A DNA stretch of 64,000 nucleotides from Thermoplasmata archaeon (GTDB lineage Archaea > Thermoplasmatota > Thermoplasmata > Lutacidiplasmatales > UBA184), in the NCBI GenBank assembly GCA_028864975.1, contig JAGWLG010000007.1, positions 1-64,000 on the forward strand. The letters are read 5' to 3'. The translations under genes and the position numbers were made by a program. Positions 37,758-47,100 of this stretch are shown piece by piece. How positions within the stretch are numbered: the stretch's first letter is position 1; each line of letters starts with the position of its first letter. The notes beneath the pieces are model-generated. The model searched no databases, was not told where the DNA came from, and was given only the letters and a program-made list of their open reading frames with translations.

Positions 37758-38045
37758 ATGCATTTCCCGAAGGAGATCAAGACGTACTGCCCGAAGTGCA
37801 AGACGCACACGGACCACGACGTCGAGAAGGGCAAGAAGCGGACCGCGAGCGAGCTCGCCTGGGGTCAGCGACGCTTCCGCCGCGCCCAGCGGGGGTACGG
37901 AGGGTTCCCCCGACCGAAGCCGGAGGGCCGCGCGAAAGCCGTCCGCCGGGTCTACCTCAAGTACCGTTGTCAGAAGTGCAAGTACGTGGTCCAGCCCAGG
38001 TCGTTCCGCTCGAGCCAGCTCGAGCTCACGGACAAGGGGAAGTGA
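37758..38045 (+). CDS. rpl44e: 50S ribosomal protein L44e
   Basis: TYCPKCKTHTDH...GFPRPKP...CQKC. Confidence 0.97.
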   Translation: MHFPKEIKTYCPKCKTHTDHDVEKGKKRTASELAWGQRRFRRAQRGYGGFPRPKPEGRAKAVRRVYLKYRCQKCKYVVQPRSFRSSQLELTDKGK

Positions 38046-38257
38046 TGGCGCCGGAAGAAGAGGGCCTCCCGCCCGAGAACGCGCCCCGCCCACGCGCACC
38101 GTTCGTCGTCGTGAAGTGCAAGGACTGCTCGAAGGAGCATGTCGTCTTCTCCCGACCCGCGACCTCGGTCAACTGCAGCATCTGCGGGGCTCCGCTCGCG
38201 CGCCCCACGGGGGGCCGCGGCAACTTCCTGGGCGAGGTCGTCCGGACGGTGGCGTGA
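38045..38257 (+). CDS. rps27e: 30S ribosomal protein S27e
   Basis: FVVVKCKDC...CSICG...PTGGRG. Confidence 0.95.
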   Translation: MAPEEEGLPPENAPRPRAPFVVVKCKDCSKEHVVFSRPATSVNCSICGAPLARPTGGRGNFLGEVVRTVA

Positions 38258-38296
38258 GCCCTTCCCTCCGGAGGGGGAAGGGACGGGGGTCGGAGG

Positions 38297-39073
38297 ATGC
38301 CACTACGAGGAGAGTTCCCCGAAGAGGGGGAACATGTGGTCGCGACCGTCCAGTCCGTGCGCAATTTCGGGGCGTTCGTCGCCCTCGACGAGTACGAGAG
38401 CCGGGAGGCGTTCATCCATCTTTCCGAGGTCGCGACGGGGTGGGTCAAGTACATCCGTGACTACATCCGGGAAGGTCAGAAGATCGTCGCGCGGGTCATC
38501 CACGTGGACCGGGACAGCAAGCAGATCGACCTGTCCTTGAAGCGCATCAACGAGCACCAGCGCCGGGAGAAGCTTCAGACCTGGAAGAACGAACAGCGGG
38601 CGGACCGTCTCCTGACCGTGGTCGCCCAGTCGCTCAAGCTCGACCTTCCGCAGGCCTACCAGCAGTTCGGGGAGGGGCTCGTCGAGAAGTACGGCTCCCT
38701 GTTCAAGGCCTTCGAGGTCGCGTCGCTCGAGCCCAAGAAGGTCGCCCAGGACGGGTTCAAGGGGGCCTGGGTCCAGGCTTTCACCAAGGTCGCCCGGGAG
38801 AACATCTCCCCTCCCAAGGTCTCGGTCTCCGGCATCCTGGAGGTCGCCCACCCCGGGTCGGACGGGGTCGTCCACGTGCGCCAGGCTCTGGCCGAGGCGG
38901 AAGCGGTCTCGCCCGAGACCGTCGAGGTCCAGTACGTGGGAGCGCCGAAGTACCGCGTTGTCGTCTCCGGCACCCAGTACAAGCAGGCGGAGGAGATCCT
39001 CCGGAAGGCCAGCGACGCCGCCCTCTCGACCATCAAGTCCTCCGGGGGCCGAGGGAACTTCACCCACGCGTGA
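38297..39073 (+). CDS. eif2a: Translation initiation factor 2 alpha subunit
   Basis: S1 domain (FIHLSEVATGWVKYIRD) and YVGAPKY. Confidence 0.97.
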   Translation: MPLRGEFPEEGEHVVATVQSVRNFGAFVALDEYESREAFIHLSEVATGWVKYIRDYIREGQKIVARVIHVDRDSKQIDLSLKRINEHQRREKLQTWKNEQRADRLLTVVAQSLKLDLPQAYQQFGEGLVEKYGSLFKAFEVASLEPKKVAQDGFKGAWVQAFTKVARENISPPKVSVSGILEVAHPGSDGVVHVRQALAEAEAVSPETVEVQYVGAPKYRVVVSGTQYKQAEEILRKASDAALSTIKSSGGRGNFTHA

Positions 39074-39089
39074 GGTCTTCTGCCCGGCC

Positions 39090-39323
39090 ATGACCATGAC
39101 GAACGCGGAGCTGCGCCGCTGCCGCGCCTGCCACCGCTACACCTTCCAGGAGACCTGCCCTCAGTGCAAGGCCACCACCGGGAACCCACACCCCGCCCGT
39201 TGGTCGCCCGAGGACCGCTACGCACGCTACCGGCGTGCGCTGCTCGCCGAGGTCGCGGCCCGGGCCGTCTCCCCTGAGCCGGGGGGCACCGTCGAGGGCT
39301 CCCCGCCCTCCGAGCAGCATTAA
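39090..39323 (+). CDS. nop10: H/ACA RNP protein Nop10
   Basis: CRAC..YT..CPQC...HPARWSPEDRYARYR. Confidence 0.93.
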   Translation: MTMTNAELRRCRACHRYTFQETCPQCKATTGNPHPARWSPEDRYARYRRALLAEVAARAVSPEPGGTVEGSPPSEQH

Positions 39324-39350
39324 GAGGCGCGGAGCCTTTCGGGGGCTCTG

Positions 39351-39863
39351 ATGCAGCAGCGGATCAAGGTCGTGAACGAGATTAGCGACCTCGTGCCGGT
39401 GCTCCGGGCAGTCGACTCTCCCCTCAAGCTCCAGCTCTTCCAGCGGCTGGCCGAGACCTGGCTCACGCTCCAGGACATCGAGACCGAGTTCGGGAAGGAG
39501 GGCGTGAAGGTCCTGGGCTTCTTCGAGAAGTTGAAGCTCGTCGACTCCCGGTGGGTCTCTCGAGAGGGAAGGAAGACCCCGGACAAGAGCTTCCACAGCT
39601 ACTACTCCACGGTCAACATCAACACGACGGCGCCCCTCTCGGAGATCTCGGAGATCCTCTCCGTCGCCTCGATGGCCGACAAGGACTACGGGCGACTGGA
39701 GAAGCAGATCATGGATTGTGTCGGAGACCAGGGCCGGTTCTTCTCCGACGTCGCGGAGGAGCTCAAGATGAGCCCGACCCGCCTCAAAGGCCTCATCAAG
39801 AGGTCCGAACGGCTCGAGTTCCGGGGCCACCGGATCGAGCGCTTGAACGGCTCCCGCGACTGA
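39351..39863 (+). CDS. ArsR-like HTH transcriptional regulator (conserved archaeal)
   Basis: Predicted tandem HTH; sits in the nop10-trm56 gene neighbourhood. Confidence 0.65.
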   Translation: MQQRIKVVNEISDLVPVLRAVDSPLKLQLFQRLAETWLTLQDIETEFGKEGVKVLGFFEKLKLVDSRWVSREGRKTPDKSFHSYYSTVNINTTAPLSEISEILSVASMADKDYGRLEKQIMDCVGDQGRFFSDVAEELKMSPTRLKGLIKRSERLEFRGHRIERLNGSRD

Positions 39864-39867
39864 CCCG

Positions 39868-40485
39868 ATGGGCGAAGGCGATCGCCGACCCCGCGTCGAG
39901 GTGCTGCGTCTGGGTCATCGCCCCTCTCGCGACCCCCGGCTCACGACCCACCTCGCGCTCACGGCCCGGGCCTTCGGCGCCGGCGCGATCCATGTCGAGC
40001 CTCCGGACCTCTCCCTTGCCGAACGGGTGAGGTCGGCGACCGAGCGGTTCGGAGGGGAGTTCCGCGTCGAAGGGGTCCGTGCGTGGCGACCCTTCCTCAA
40101 GGGATGGGCGGGGACCACCGTCCATCTGACGATGTACGGAGAGGACCTGGACGAGGTAGCTCCTCGTCTCAAGGTCGCTCCCGGGCCGTTCCTGGTCATT
40201 GTCGGGGGCCCGAAGGTCCCTCGGGAGGTCTACGAGCTCTCCACGTTCAACGTCGCGGTCACCCATCAGCCCCACAGCGAAGTGGCCGCGCTCGCGCTCA
40301 CGCTGGACCGGCTCCTCGGGACGCCCCGGGAGGAGCTTCGGCCGCGGGCGAGGCTCCAGGTCCTTCCTCACCCGAGGGGCAAGAAGGTGGTCGACCACGA
40401 AGGCCGCGCCGTGGACGGGTCGTCGGCCGACACGGAAGATCTCGAGGACGAGCCCGCTCCTCCCCCGGCTCTGGGGTCTCCATGA
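39868..40485 (+). CDS. trm56: tRNA (cytidine56-2'-O)-methyltransferase
   Basis: LRLGHRPSRDPRLTTHLALTARAFGA, HLTMYG and QPHSEVAALA. Confidence 0.95.
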   Translation: MGEGDRRPRVEVLRLGHRPSRDPRLTTHLALTARAFGAGAIHVEPPDLSLAERVRSATERFGGEFRVEGVRAWRPFLKGWAGTTVHLTMYGEDLDEVAPRLKVAPGPFLVIVGGPKVPREVYELSTFNVAVTHQPHSEVAALALTLDRLLGTPREELRPRARLQVLPHPRGKKVVDHEGRAVDGSSADTEDLEDEPAPPPALGSP

Positions 40486-41462
40486 ACGACGCGATCCCCC
40501 CGGCCCGAGCTCCCCTGCGGGCTCGGGCCCCCGGCAAGGCGATTCTTTTCGGAGAGCACGCGGTCGTCTTCGGAAGGACCGCGGTGGTCCTCGCCTTGGA
40601 GCTGGGCACTGAGGTTGCGATCGACGAGGGCGCGCCTGGCGGTGAGAGCACGTACAACGGATCCGCGGAGGCAGCGCGTTCGAACCCCTACCTGCAGGAG
40701 GCCCTTCGGTCCCACTCCGCGGGCCACGCTTTGGCGCTGAACGTCCGTTCGGATATCCCGAAGGCCTCGGGGCTCGGTTCCTCCGCCGCTTTCACGGCGG
40801 CCTTGATGGCGGGACTGCTCTCCCTTCAGGGAGGGTCTTCCCGAGCTCGACTGGCCGAAGAGAGCTTCCGAACGGAGCGGGGCGCCCAAGGGGTGGGCTC
40901 GCCTGTCGACACGAGCGCGGCCGTGGCGGGCGGGGTGCTCACCGTCGGGCATCAGGGACTCCCCGGCGCCACCGCCCTCTGGTCGCTACCTGCGGTCGAC
41001 GGAGGCCCACCTTGGAGCGTGGGGCGGGTCCCGGACCCCGGCTGGACCTGGGTCGTGGGCTACACGGGCGTGCCCAAGGATACGGCGACGGTCGTGCGGC
41101 GCGTGGGCGAGCGCGTGAAGCGCCCCGACGGGGAGCGTCTCCTCGACGAGATCGCGCACGTCGCGGTCGAGGGCGTCGAGGCTCTTCGAGCAAAGGACCG
41201 CGCGGCGGTGGGACGGGCGATGAAGGAGAATCAACGGCTCCTCGTGGACCTCGGCATCTCCCACCCGCGTCTCGAAGAGCTGCTCGCGAGCATCGACCGC
41301 TACGCTTTGGGGGCCAAGATCACAGGGGCAGGCGGAGGGGGGTCGGTGGTCGCCCTCCCTCGGGAGGGAGAGGAAGTGCTCGTCGGACGGGCGATCTCCC
41401 ATGCGGGCGGCGTGCCGTTCCTCGTACGAGTTGCCCCCAGCGGAGCCGCCCTGGAGGCCTGA
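40482..41462 (+). CDS. mvk: Mevalonate kinase (GHMP)
   Basis: APGKAILFGEHAVVFG, PKASGLGSSAA, SPVDT and KITGAGGGG. Confidence 0.85.
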   Translation: MNDAIPPARAPLRARAPGKAILFGEHAVVFGRTAVVLALELGTEVAIDEGAPGGESTYNGSAEAARSNPYLQEALRSHSAGHALALNVRSDIPKASGLGSSAAFTAALMAGLLSLQGGSSRARLAEESFRTERGAQGVGSPVDTSAAVAGGVLTVGHQGLPGATALWSLPAVDGGPPWSVGRVPDPGWTWVVGYTGVPKDTATVVRRVGERVKRPDGERLLDEIAHVAVEGVEALRAKDRAAVGRAMKENQRLLVDLGISHPRLEELLASIDRYALGAKITGAGGGGSVVALPREGEEVLVGRAISHAGGVPFLVRVAPSGAALEA

Positions 41463-41621
41463 CCGGTCCCTGAGCGGCCACTCGCTGTGGAGTTGATGGC
41501 GAGCGGCCCTTTGAGATGAGGAACGCATCTCCTGGCGCCGAGCTTTCGTCGATCGCCTGCGTACCCGCAGATTGAAGACCCTTGGAGGACTTCTCCCGCG
41601 CAGCGGAGTGGCGGCCCCGCC

Positions 41622-42167
41622 TTGCGAATGCGACTTTCACACCTGCGCGCGGTCGGGCCTGGAGGAGAGGCCATCCCTGCGCCGACACCGTCGGTGACGG
41701 AAGCCAGGGTCCTCGCGAGCCTCCGTCGGGTCCTCCACGACACATCCTTGTGCTCTCTCGCGACGGTCGCGGACGATGGGGGACCCCATATCTGCCACGT
41801 CTACTTCGCTTTCGACCAGGAGTTACGGGTCCACTTCCTCTCGCACCCCGATTCGGCCCACTGCCGACACATTCGTCGGTCGGGTCGTGCCTCGATCTCG
41901 GTCTACGATTCCCACCAGAGTTGGGGGGGGCAAGATGCGGGGATCGCGATGGACGGCGTGGCCAAAGAGTGTCGCGGTACGGACGAGACCGCCGCTGAGT
42001 CGACCTATGCTCGCAGGTTCAAAGGATACCGAACGTGGACCCGGAGCAGTGAGTTCTCTCGATTCGGCCGCAGGTATCGCTTCTACACTTTCACCCCCAC
42101 CAGTCTGAAGGTGTTCGACGAGCGGAGGCTGGGTCCCGGCCTCTTCCTCACCGCCCGGGTCCGCTAG
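41622..42167 (+). CDS. Pyridoxamine 5'-phosphate oxidase-like FMN-binding protein
   Basis: SLATV...PHICHVYF...FLSHPDSAHCRHI split-barrel pattern. Confidence 0.75.
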   Translation: MRMRLSHLRAVGPGGEAIPAPTPSVTEARVLASLRRVLHDTSLCSLATVADDGGPHICHVYFAFDQELRVHFLSHPDSAHCRHIRRSGRASISVYDSHQSWGGQDAGIAMDGVAKECRGTDETAAESTYARRFKGYRTWTRSSEFSRFGRRYRFYTFTPTSLKVFDERRLGPGLFLTARVR

Positions 42168-42296
42168 GACGGTTGACGACTGGGGCGGGTCGTGTCCTTC
42201 TGAGCCCCGAGCTCCTGACCAGGTTCTTGAGAGGCACGGGTCGTGCCCTGATCCACCTCTGGGGAACGGTGGGTCCAAAGCCCCGAAGTCGAGTCC

Positions 42297-43493
42297 CTAT
42301 CGCTTCGCGACGATGCGAAGGACCTCGCCCCCTTGCAGGGGATGGTCTGCACCCAGAGCCCGGCGCGTGCGCCCATCGATGGCCCGTACGAAGTGCTCGC
42401 CGAGGTCCGTGTGGACGCGATACGCGAGCTGGCGCGCCGAGGTCCCCTGCGGGACCAGGTGGGCGTCGGGGAGCACGCGGCCCTGCTTGTCCGTCCACCG
42501 GTTCTCGTCCTCGACGGGGAAGACGACGATCTGCTTCATCGCCCCGAAGACCAGGGACTCGAGGGCCTCGATCACTCCGGTCGTCCCCCATCGCTGGAGG
42601 TAGGACCCCACGTCGTCGAGCGCCTTCTGCTGTCCCCCCGAGAGCCTCGAGCCCTCGACGACCTGGAACTTGCCCTCCCCGGGTCGATAGGAGATGAGAC
42701 CGGCCTTGGCGGCGCGTCGGAGCAAGAGCTCGAGGTCCGCGCTCGTCGCTCGGACCGGTACCGGAGCGACCTTCCCCTCGAGGTCCTTGAGCGCCTCCTG
42801 CGCGACCCGGTCCGCCTTGTTGGCGACGACCAGGCGCGGTCGCGCGATCCGCAGGAGGTCGCGCGCGAGGTGCAGCAGGTCCTCCTCCGTCCACTTGGAA
42901 GGGCGTGCGTGGTCGAGAGGGACGTCGCGCAGCGCGTGCTGCACGTTTCCCACATTGATGCCCATCCCCGTGAGCCGACCCGCGATCGCCTCGTCGAGCT
43001 TGGCGCCGGAGAGCTCCCATCCCCGGGAGGCCTTGTCCCACTGTTTCCCGAGCGCCCCCGCGACCCAGAGGTCGAGCTCCTCCTGGACGAACGCCACCTC
43101 TTCCTCTGGTCGGAAGCTCCCGGGCTCCGCGAGGACCCCCTCGGGCGTGGTCCCTCCCGACAGGTCGACCACGTGGAGGTATCCGTCGGCCTGACGGAGG
43201 TCGTCCAGGAACTTGTTCCCCTTCCCCTTGCCCGCGTGCGCCCCCGGGACCAAGCCCGCGACGTCGACAAGATGCACGGGGACCTGGCGGGTCCCCGCGT
43301 CGCAGGGGGCGTTCCCGGGGGTGCAGGGGGTGCCCTTCTCCCCATGCGGACACGGGAAGCGGACGAAGGAGACCCCCTTGTTCGCCTCGATGGTGGTGAA
43401 GGGATACGGCCCGACCGGGACGTTCAGCAGCGTGAGCGCGTTGAAGAGCGTGGACTTCCCGACGTTCGGCTTTCCGATGAGACCGACCTCCAT
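42297..43493 (-). CDS. ychF: YchF/Obg-family translation-associated ATPase/GTPase with TGS
   Basis: GKPNVGKST, YPFTTI, DVAGLVPGAH.GKG.GN.FLDDLR and HTDL. Confidence 0.95.
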   Translation of the reverse strand: MEVGLIGKPNVGKSTLFNALTLLNVPVGPYPFTTIEANKGVSFVRFPCPHGEKGTPCTPGNAPCDAGTRQVPVHLVDVAGLVPGAHAGKGKGNKFLDDLRQADGYLHVVDLSGGTTPEGVLAEPGSFRPEEEVAFVQEELDLWVAGALGKQWDKASRGWELSGAKLDEAIAGRLTGMGINVGNVQHALRDVPLDHARPSKWTEEDLLHLARDLLRIARPRLVVANKADRVAQEALKDLEGKVAPVPVRATSADLELLLRRAAKAGLISYRPGEGKFQVVEGSRLSGGQQKALDDVGSYLQRWGTTGVIEALESLVFGAMKQIVVFPVEDENRWTDKQGRVLPDAHLVPQGTSARQLAYRVHTDLGEHFVRAIDGRTRRALGADHPLQGGEVLRIVAKR

Positions 43494-43519
43494 GGAACGA
43501 ACCTCGTGTGGAACCCTTC

Positions 43520-44071
43520 CTACGTGCCGTAGTGGGGCGCGACCTCGCGGAACCCGGATTGACGGTTGACCGTGAGGGCCATGGCGAACAGCAATCCCGA
43601 GAGTCGGTTCGCGTAGGCCAGGACCACCGGGCGCTGGGGCTGCCCCCGGTGAAGCCGCACCACTTCTCGCTCGGCGCGCCGCGCCACGGCTCGAGCGACG
43701 TGGAGGCGGGCCGCGGCGGTCGTGCCACGGGGAAGGACGAACGCGTGCCGCTCCTCGAAGCTCTCGGAGAAGGTGTCGATCTCCTTCTCGAGCCTCTGGA
43801 GGTGCCGCTCCTCCAATCGGTGGGGTGGAGGAGGCTGTCCTGCGGGGGTCGCGAGCTCCGCATTGAGGATGAAGATCTCGTGTTGCAGCCGTTCGAGGAT
43901 CTCCCGGAGGGGACCCAGCTCTGCCGGGAGCTCCGCCTGGGCGAGGCCGAGGTGGCAGCAGAGCTCGTCCATGGCCCCGCAAGCCTCCACGTGAAGGTCC
44001 TCCTTCGGGACGCGGCGGCCGCCGATGAGACCCGTGTCGCCCTTGTCCCCGCCCCGCGTGTAGAGCTTCAG
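43520..44071 (-). CDS. pduO: PduO-type cob(I)alamin adenosyltransferase (probable CTG start)
   Basis: KLYTRGGDKGDT upstream of the tracked ORF; DELCCHLG, RRAERE and YANRLSGLLF. Confidence 0.9.
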   Translation of the reverse strand: MKLYTRGGDKGDTGLIGGRRVPKEDLHVEACGAMDELCCHLGLAQAELPAELGPLREILERLQHEIFILNAELATPAGQPPPPHRLEERHLQRLEKEIDTFSESFEERHAFVLPRGTTAAARLHVARAVARRAEREVVRLHRGQPQRPVVLAYANRLSGLLFAMALTVNRQSGFREVAPHYGT

Positions 44072-44150
44072 AGCCCCCCCTCTTTCGCGGGACAGGGGCT
44101 GGACGATATAGTCCTCGGCCCGTTCGCGGGTGGCGCAAAGCTAACTTCCC

Positions 44151-47100
44151 ATGCCCGCTCGACTCCACGTGGGCGGACGTCCAGCTCGATCCACCGAGGG
44201 GCTCGCCGACCGTGCCGACGTGGTCCCTTCCCGGGATCCGGCGAGACACGGGGGAGCGCTGGCCGCTCTTCTCCTGAGTTCACTTTTCCTGCTTTCCAGC
44301 ATCGTTCCGATGTCCCACTTCGAGGTCGGAGGGGCCCCCAAGACCGCTCAGGCCACGTCCTCTCCTGTCCTCGCAGCCTCCGCCTCTCCCGCCCCCTCTC
44401 CCCTCGCTTCTCCCTCACGGTCGGAAGGGGCCTCTCCGATCGTTCCCGGCGCGCAGGGAGCTTCGCAGCCCTCACCCACCCCGGGGGGGACCTCTGGGAC
44501 CGCGTGCCCTGCGGCCCAATTCGTGTTGAACGGGACCGAGTCGGACACCACCGTTGCGGCAGGCAGCACGGACTACTGGGCGGCGAGCTACCCTTCGAGC
44601 GAGGCGGGGGAGTGGCTCACAGGTTTCGAGGTCACCTCTTCGGTGGCGTTCGTGAACGCGGGGACCGGCCCCGGGAGCGCGACCGCGCTCGTAGAGCTCG
44701 AGCTCACCCCGGTCGCGTACGCCCCCTGGGGAGGCACCGCGACCTCGCTCCTCGCCCCTCCCCCCGGCGTCGCGGTCGCCAGTTGGACCCTGTACCTGGG
44801 TGGCGGGAACGACGCCTCCGGGCAGACGGGGTCGCAGTCCTGTCTGACCGACACCGTCCCGAGCGCGGACCCCTACGTCACGGTGGTCGTTAGCGCGGGA
44901 TCATCGACCCTTTCGAAGATGGTGACCACGGCCGCCATGTCGGTCGACATGGTGGCCCCGGGCGCCGCGGGCGACTGTCGGACGGGGCAGGGGATCGAGT
45001 ATGGAGGGCAGACGGACAGCTCCCCGGCCGCCGCCGGGGTCGAGTCCTGGGCCTCGAGCGACCCCTCGGCCCTCGTCGGAGAGGCGGTCTCGGGGTTCGA
45101 GGTGAGCCTCTCCGGGGCCTACTCGGTCGCCCCGACGGCCACCGCGGCCTACGCCTCGGTCGAGGCGATGCTGGTGCTCGCTCCCCGGCCGTTCACGGCT
45201 TGGAACAGCAGCGGTCAGGCCGTACCAGGTCTACCCGCGGGCGCGGAGGTCGTGGGGGTCTTCGAGGTCCCGGTCGCGACCACGCAGGGGAGCGGCGCCG
45301 TCGCCGTCTCCACCTCCTGTCTCGACCTCGTGGTCCCTTCCACGCTCCCCTACCTATCTCTGCTCCTGGTCGTGAACAGTAGTTCGACCAACGTCCTGAG
45401 CGCTCAGGTGGAGACGACGACGTTCGTGTCCGCCGCGGGCATCGTTCCCTCGGGGTGCGAGGCGGGGGGCATGCCCCAGTACGGGGGAGAGTCCGACGTG
45501 ATCTCCAGCGGAAGCGGTGGGTCGGGGTTGTGGGCCGCGAGCGACCCCACGGACCTCTCGGGGGACTACCTCAACAGTTTCCAGACGAGCGTGGTCGAGT
45601 CCTATGCGGGAGCCCCCTCCGCTGTTCCGTCCTTTGGAACGACGCTCTTCTGGCTCTTCCTGAGCCCGGTCGCCTACTCCGGGTGGAACTCGGGCGGGCA
45701 GTCGGTCCCTTCCCTTCCGTCGGGGTCTCTGGTGCTCGGGGCTTGGTCCCTCTCGACAGGATCCGGGGGCGACCAGGAGGGGACGGCCCTGTACGTGAGC
45801 TGCCTCCATCTCGTGGTGCCGAACGGCCAGCCGTACCTCAGCCTCCTGGTCGACGAGCGGGGTGCGGTCGGACTCACGTCCGAGGTGCAATCGGTCACGT
45901 ATGCCACGGTGACAACGCATTCGACTCCGTGCTCGATCGAGCGCAACGCGACCGCCCAGCTCGGGCAGGAGGACAGCGTGACGCCGGCGAGCACGACCGC
46001 GTGGTGGGCCGCGAGCGCTCCAGGGACCTTCGGGGGCGACCGCGTGTCCGGCCTGACCCTCAGCACCTCGATCGCCCCCAACCCTGGGGTCGCGGCCCTC
46101 CCTGGTGACGCGTACTCGCTGGTCTGGCTCCTGTCGACGAGCACCCTCTATGCGGGGAACAACGGTCCGGGCACGTCCCTGACGGGCTTCCCCGCGGGCA
46201 CCGTTCTCGCTTCCCTCAAGCTCGCGACGGGTTCGGGGTTCGGTTCCCTCGACGAGTCCGTCTCGCTATCATGCCTGGACGCGATCGTCCCGTCCGGCGA
46301 GCCCTACCTCACGACGATGATCCAGATTGTCTCGGGGCCCGGGGGGAACCTTGACGCTGAAGTGCAATCGATGGTGCGGGCAGAGCCCCCGAGCGAGGCC
46401 AGCCCCTGCCTCGCCCCGGCGTCGCTCCGTGGCCCGTCGATCCAGGCCGGGGGCGAAGCGGACACGCTTTCGTCCTCGGGGATCGGTTGGTTCGTCGCGA
46501 GCGATCCCACGAACCTCTCCGGTGAGGTGGTGACCTCCGTCGCGTTCTCCGCCTCGCTCACGTTCGGGACGGCGAGCGCGACGCCGACCTTCGGAGAGGC
46601 CCTCTTCGCCCTCTTCTTCTCACGGACGCCCTACACGCCGTGGGACTCCGCCGGGCAGTCCTTGGGGAGCTTTCCCCCGGAGACCGCGCCCGTCGGGCAG
46701 TGGATCCTCAAGACCGGCTCGGCCAACGAGAGCGCCGCGGAGTCGAGCGATGCGACCTGTCTCGTGGTACCGGTTCCCCGGGGCGCGCCCTACCTATCGC
46801 TGATGGTCGACCCTCTGGCGGCTTCCACTCCCTCCCTCGCCGCGGAGATGCAGGTCGCGGTCGGGACCGCGACGCCGACCCCGCTGACCTCGGTCGCCAC
46901 GGTCTACCCTCCTTCGGGGGGAGACGCGGGTCGCACCTCCTTCTTCCTCTCGGCCGCTCCGACCGGCGGGGTCGCACCCTATCAAGCGACCTGGTCGCTG
47001 GGGGATGGGACCTGGCTCCAAGGCCACTCCCAGAACCACACGTACACGTCGCCGGGCAACTACGCGGTGAACGTGTGGACCAACGACTCGCTCGGGAACT

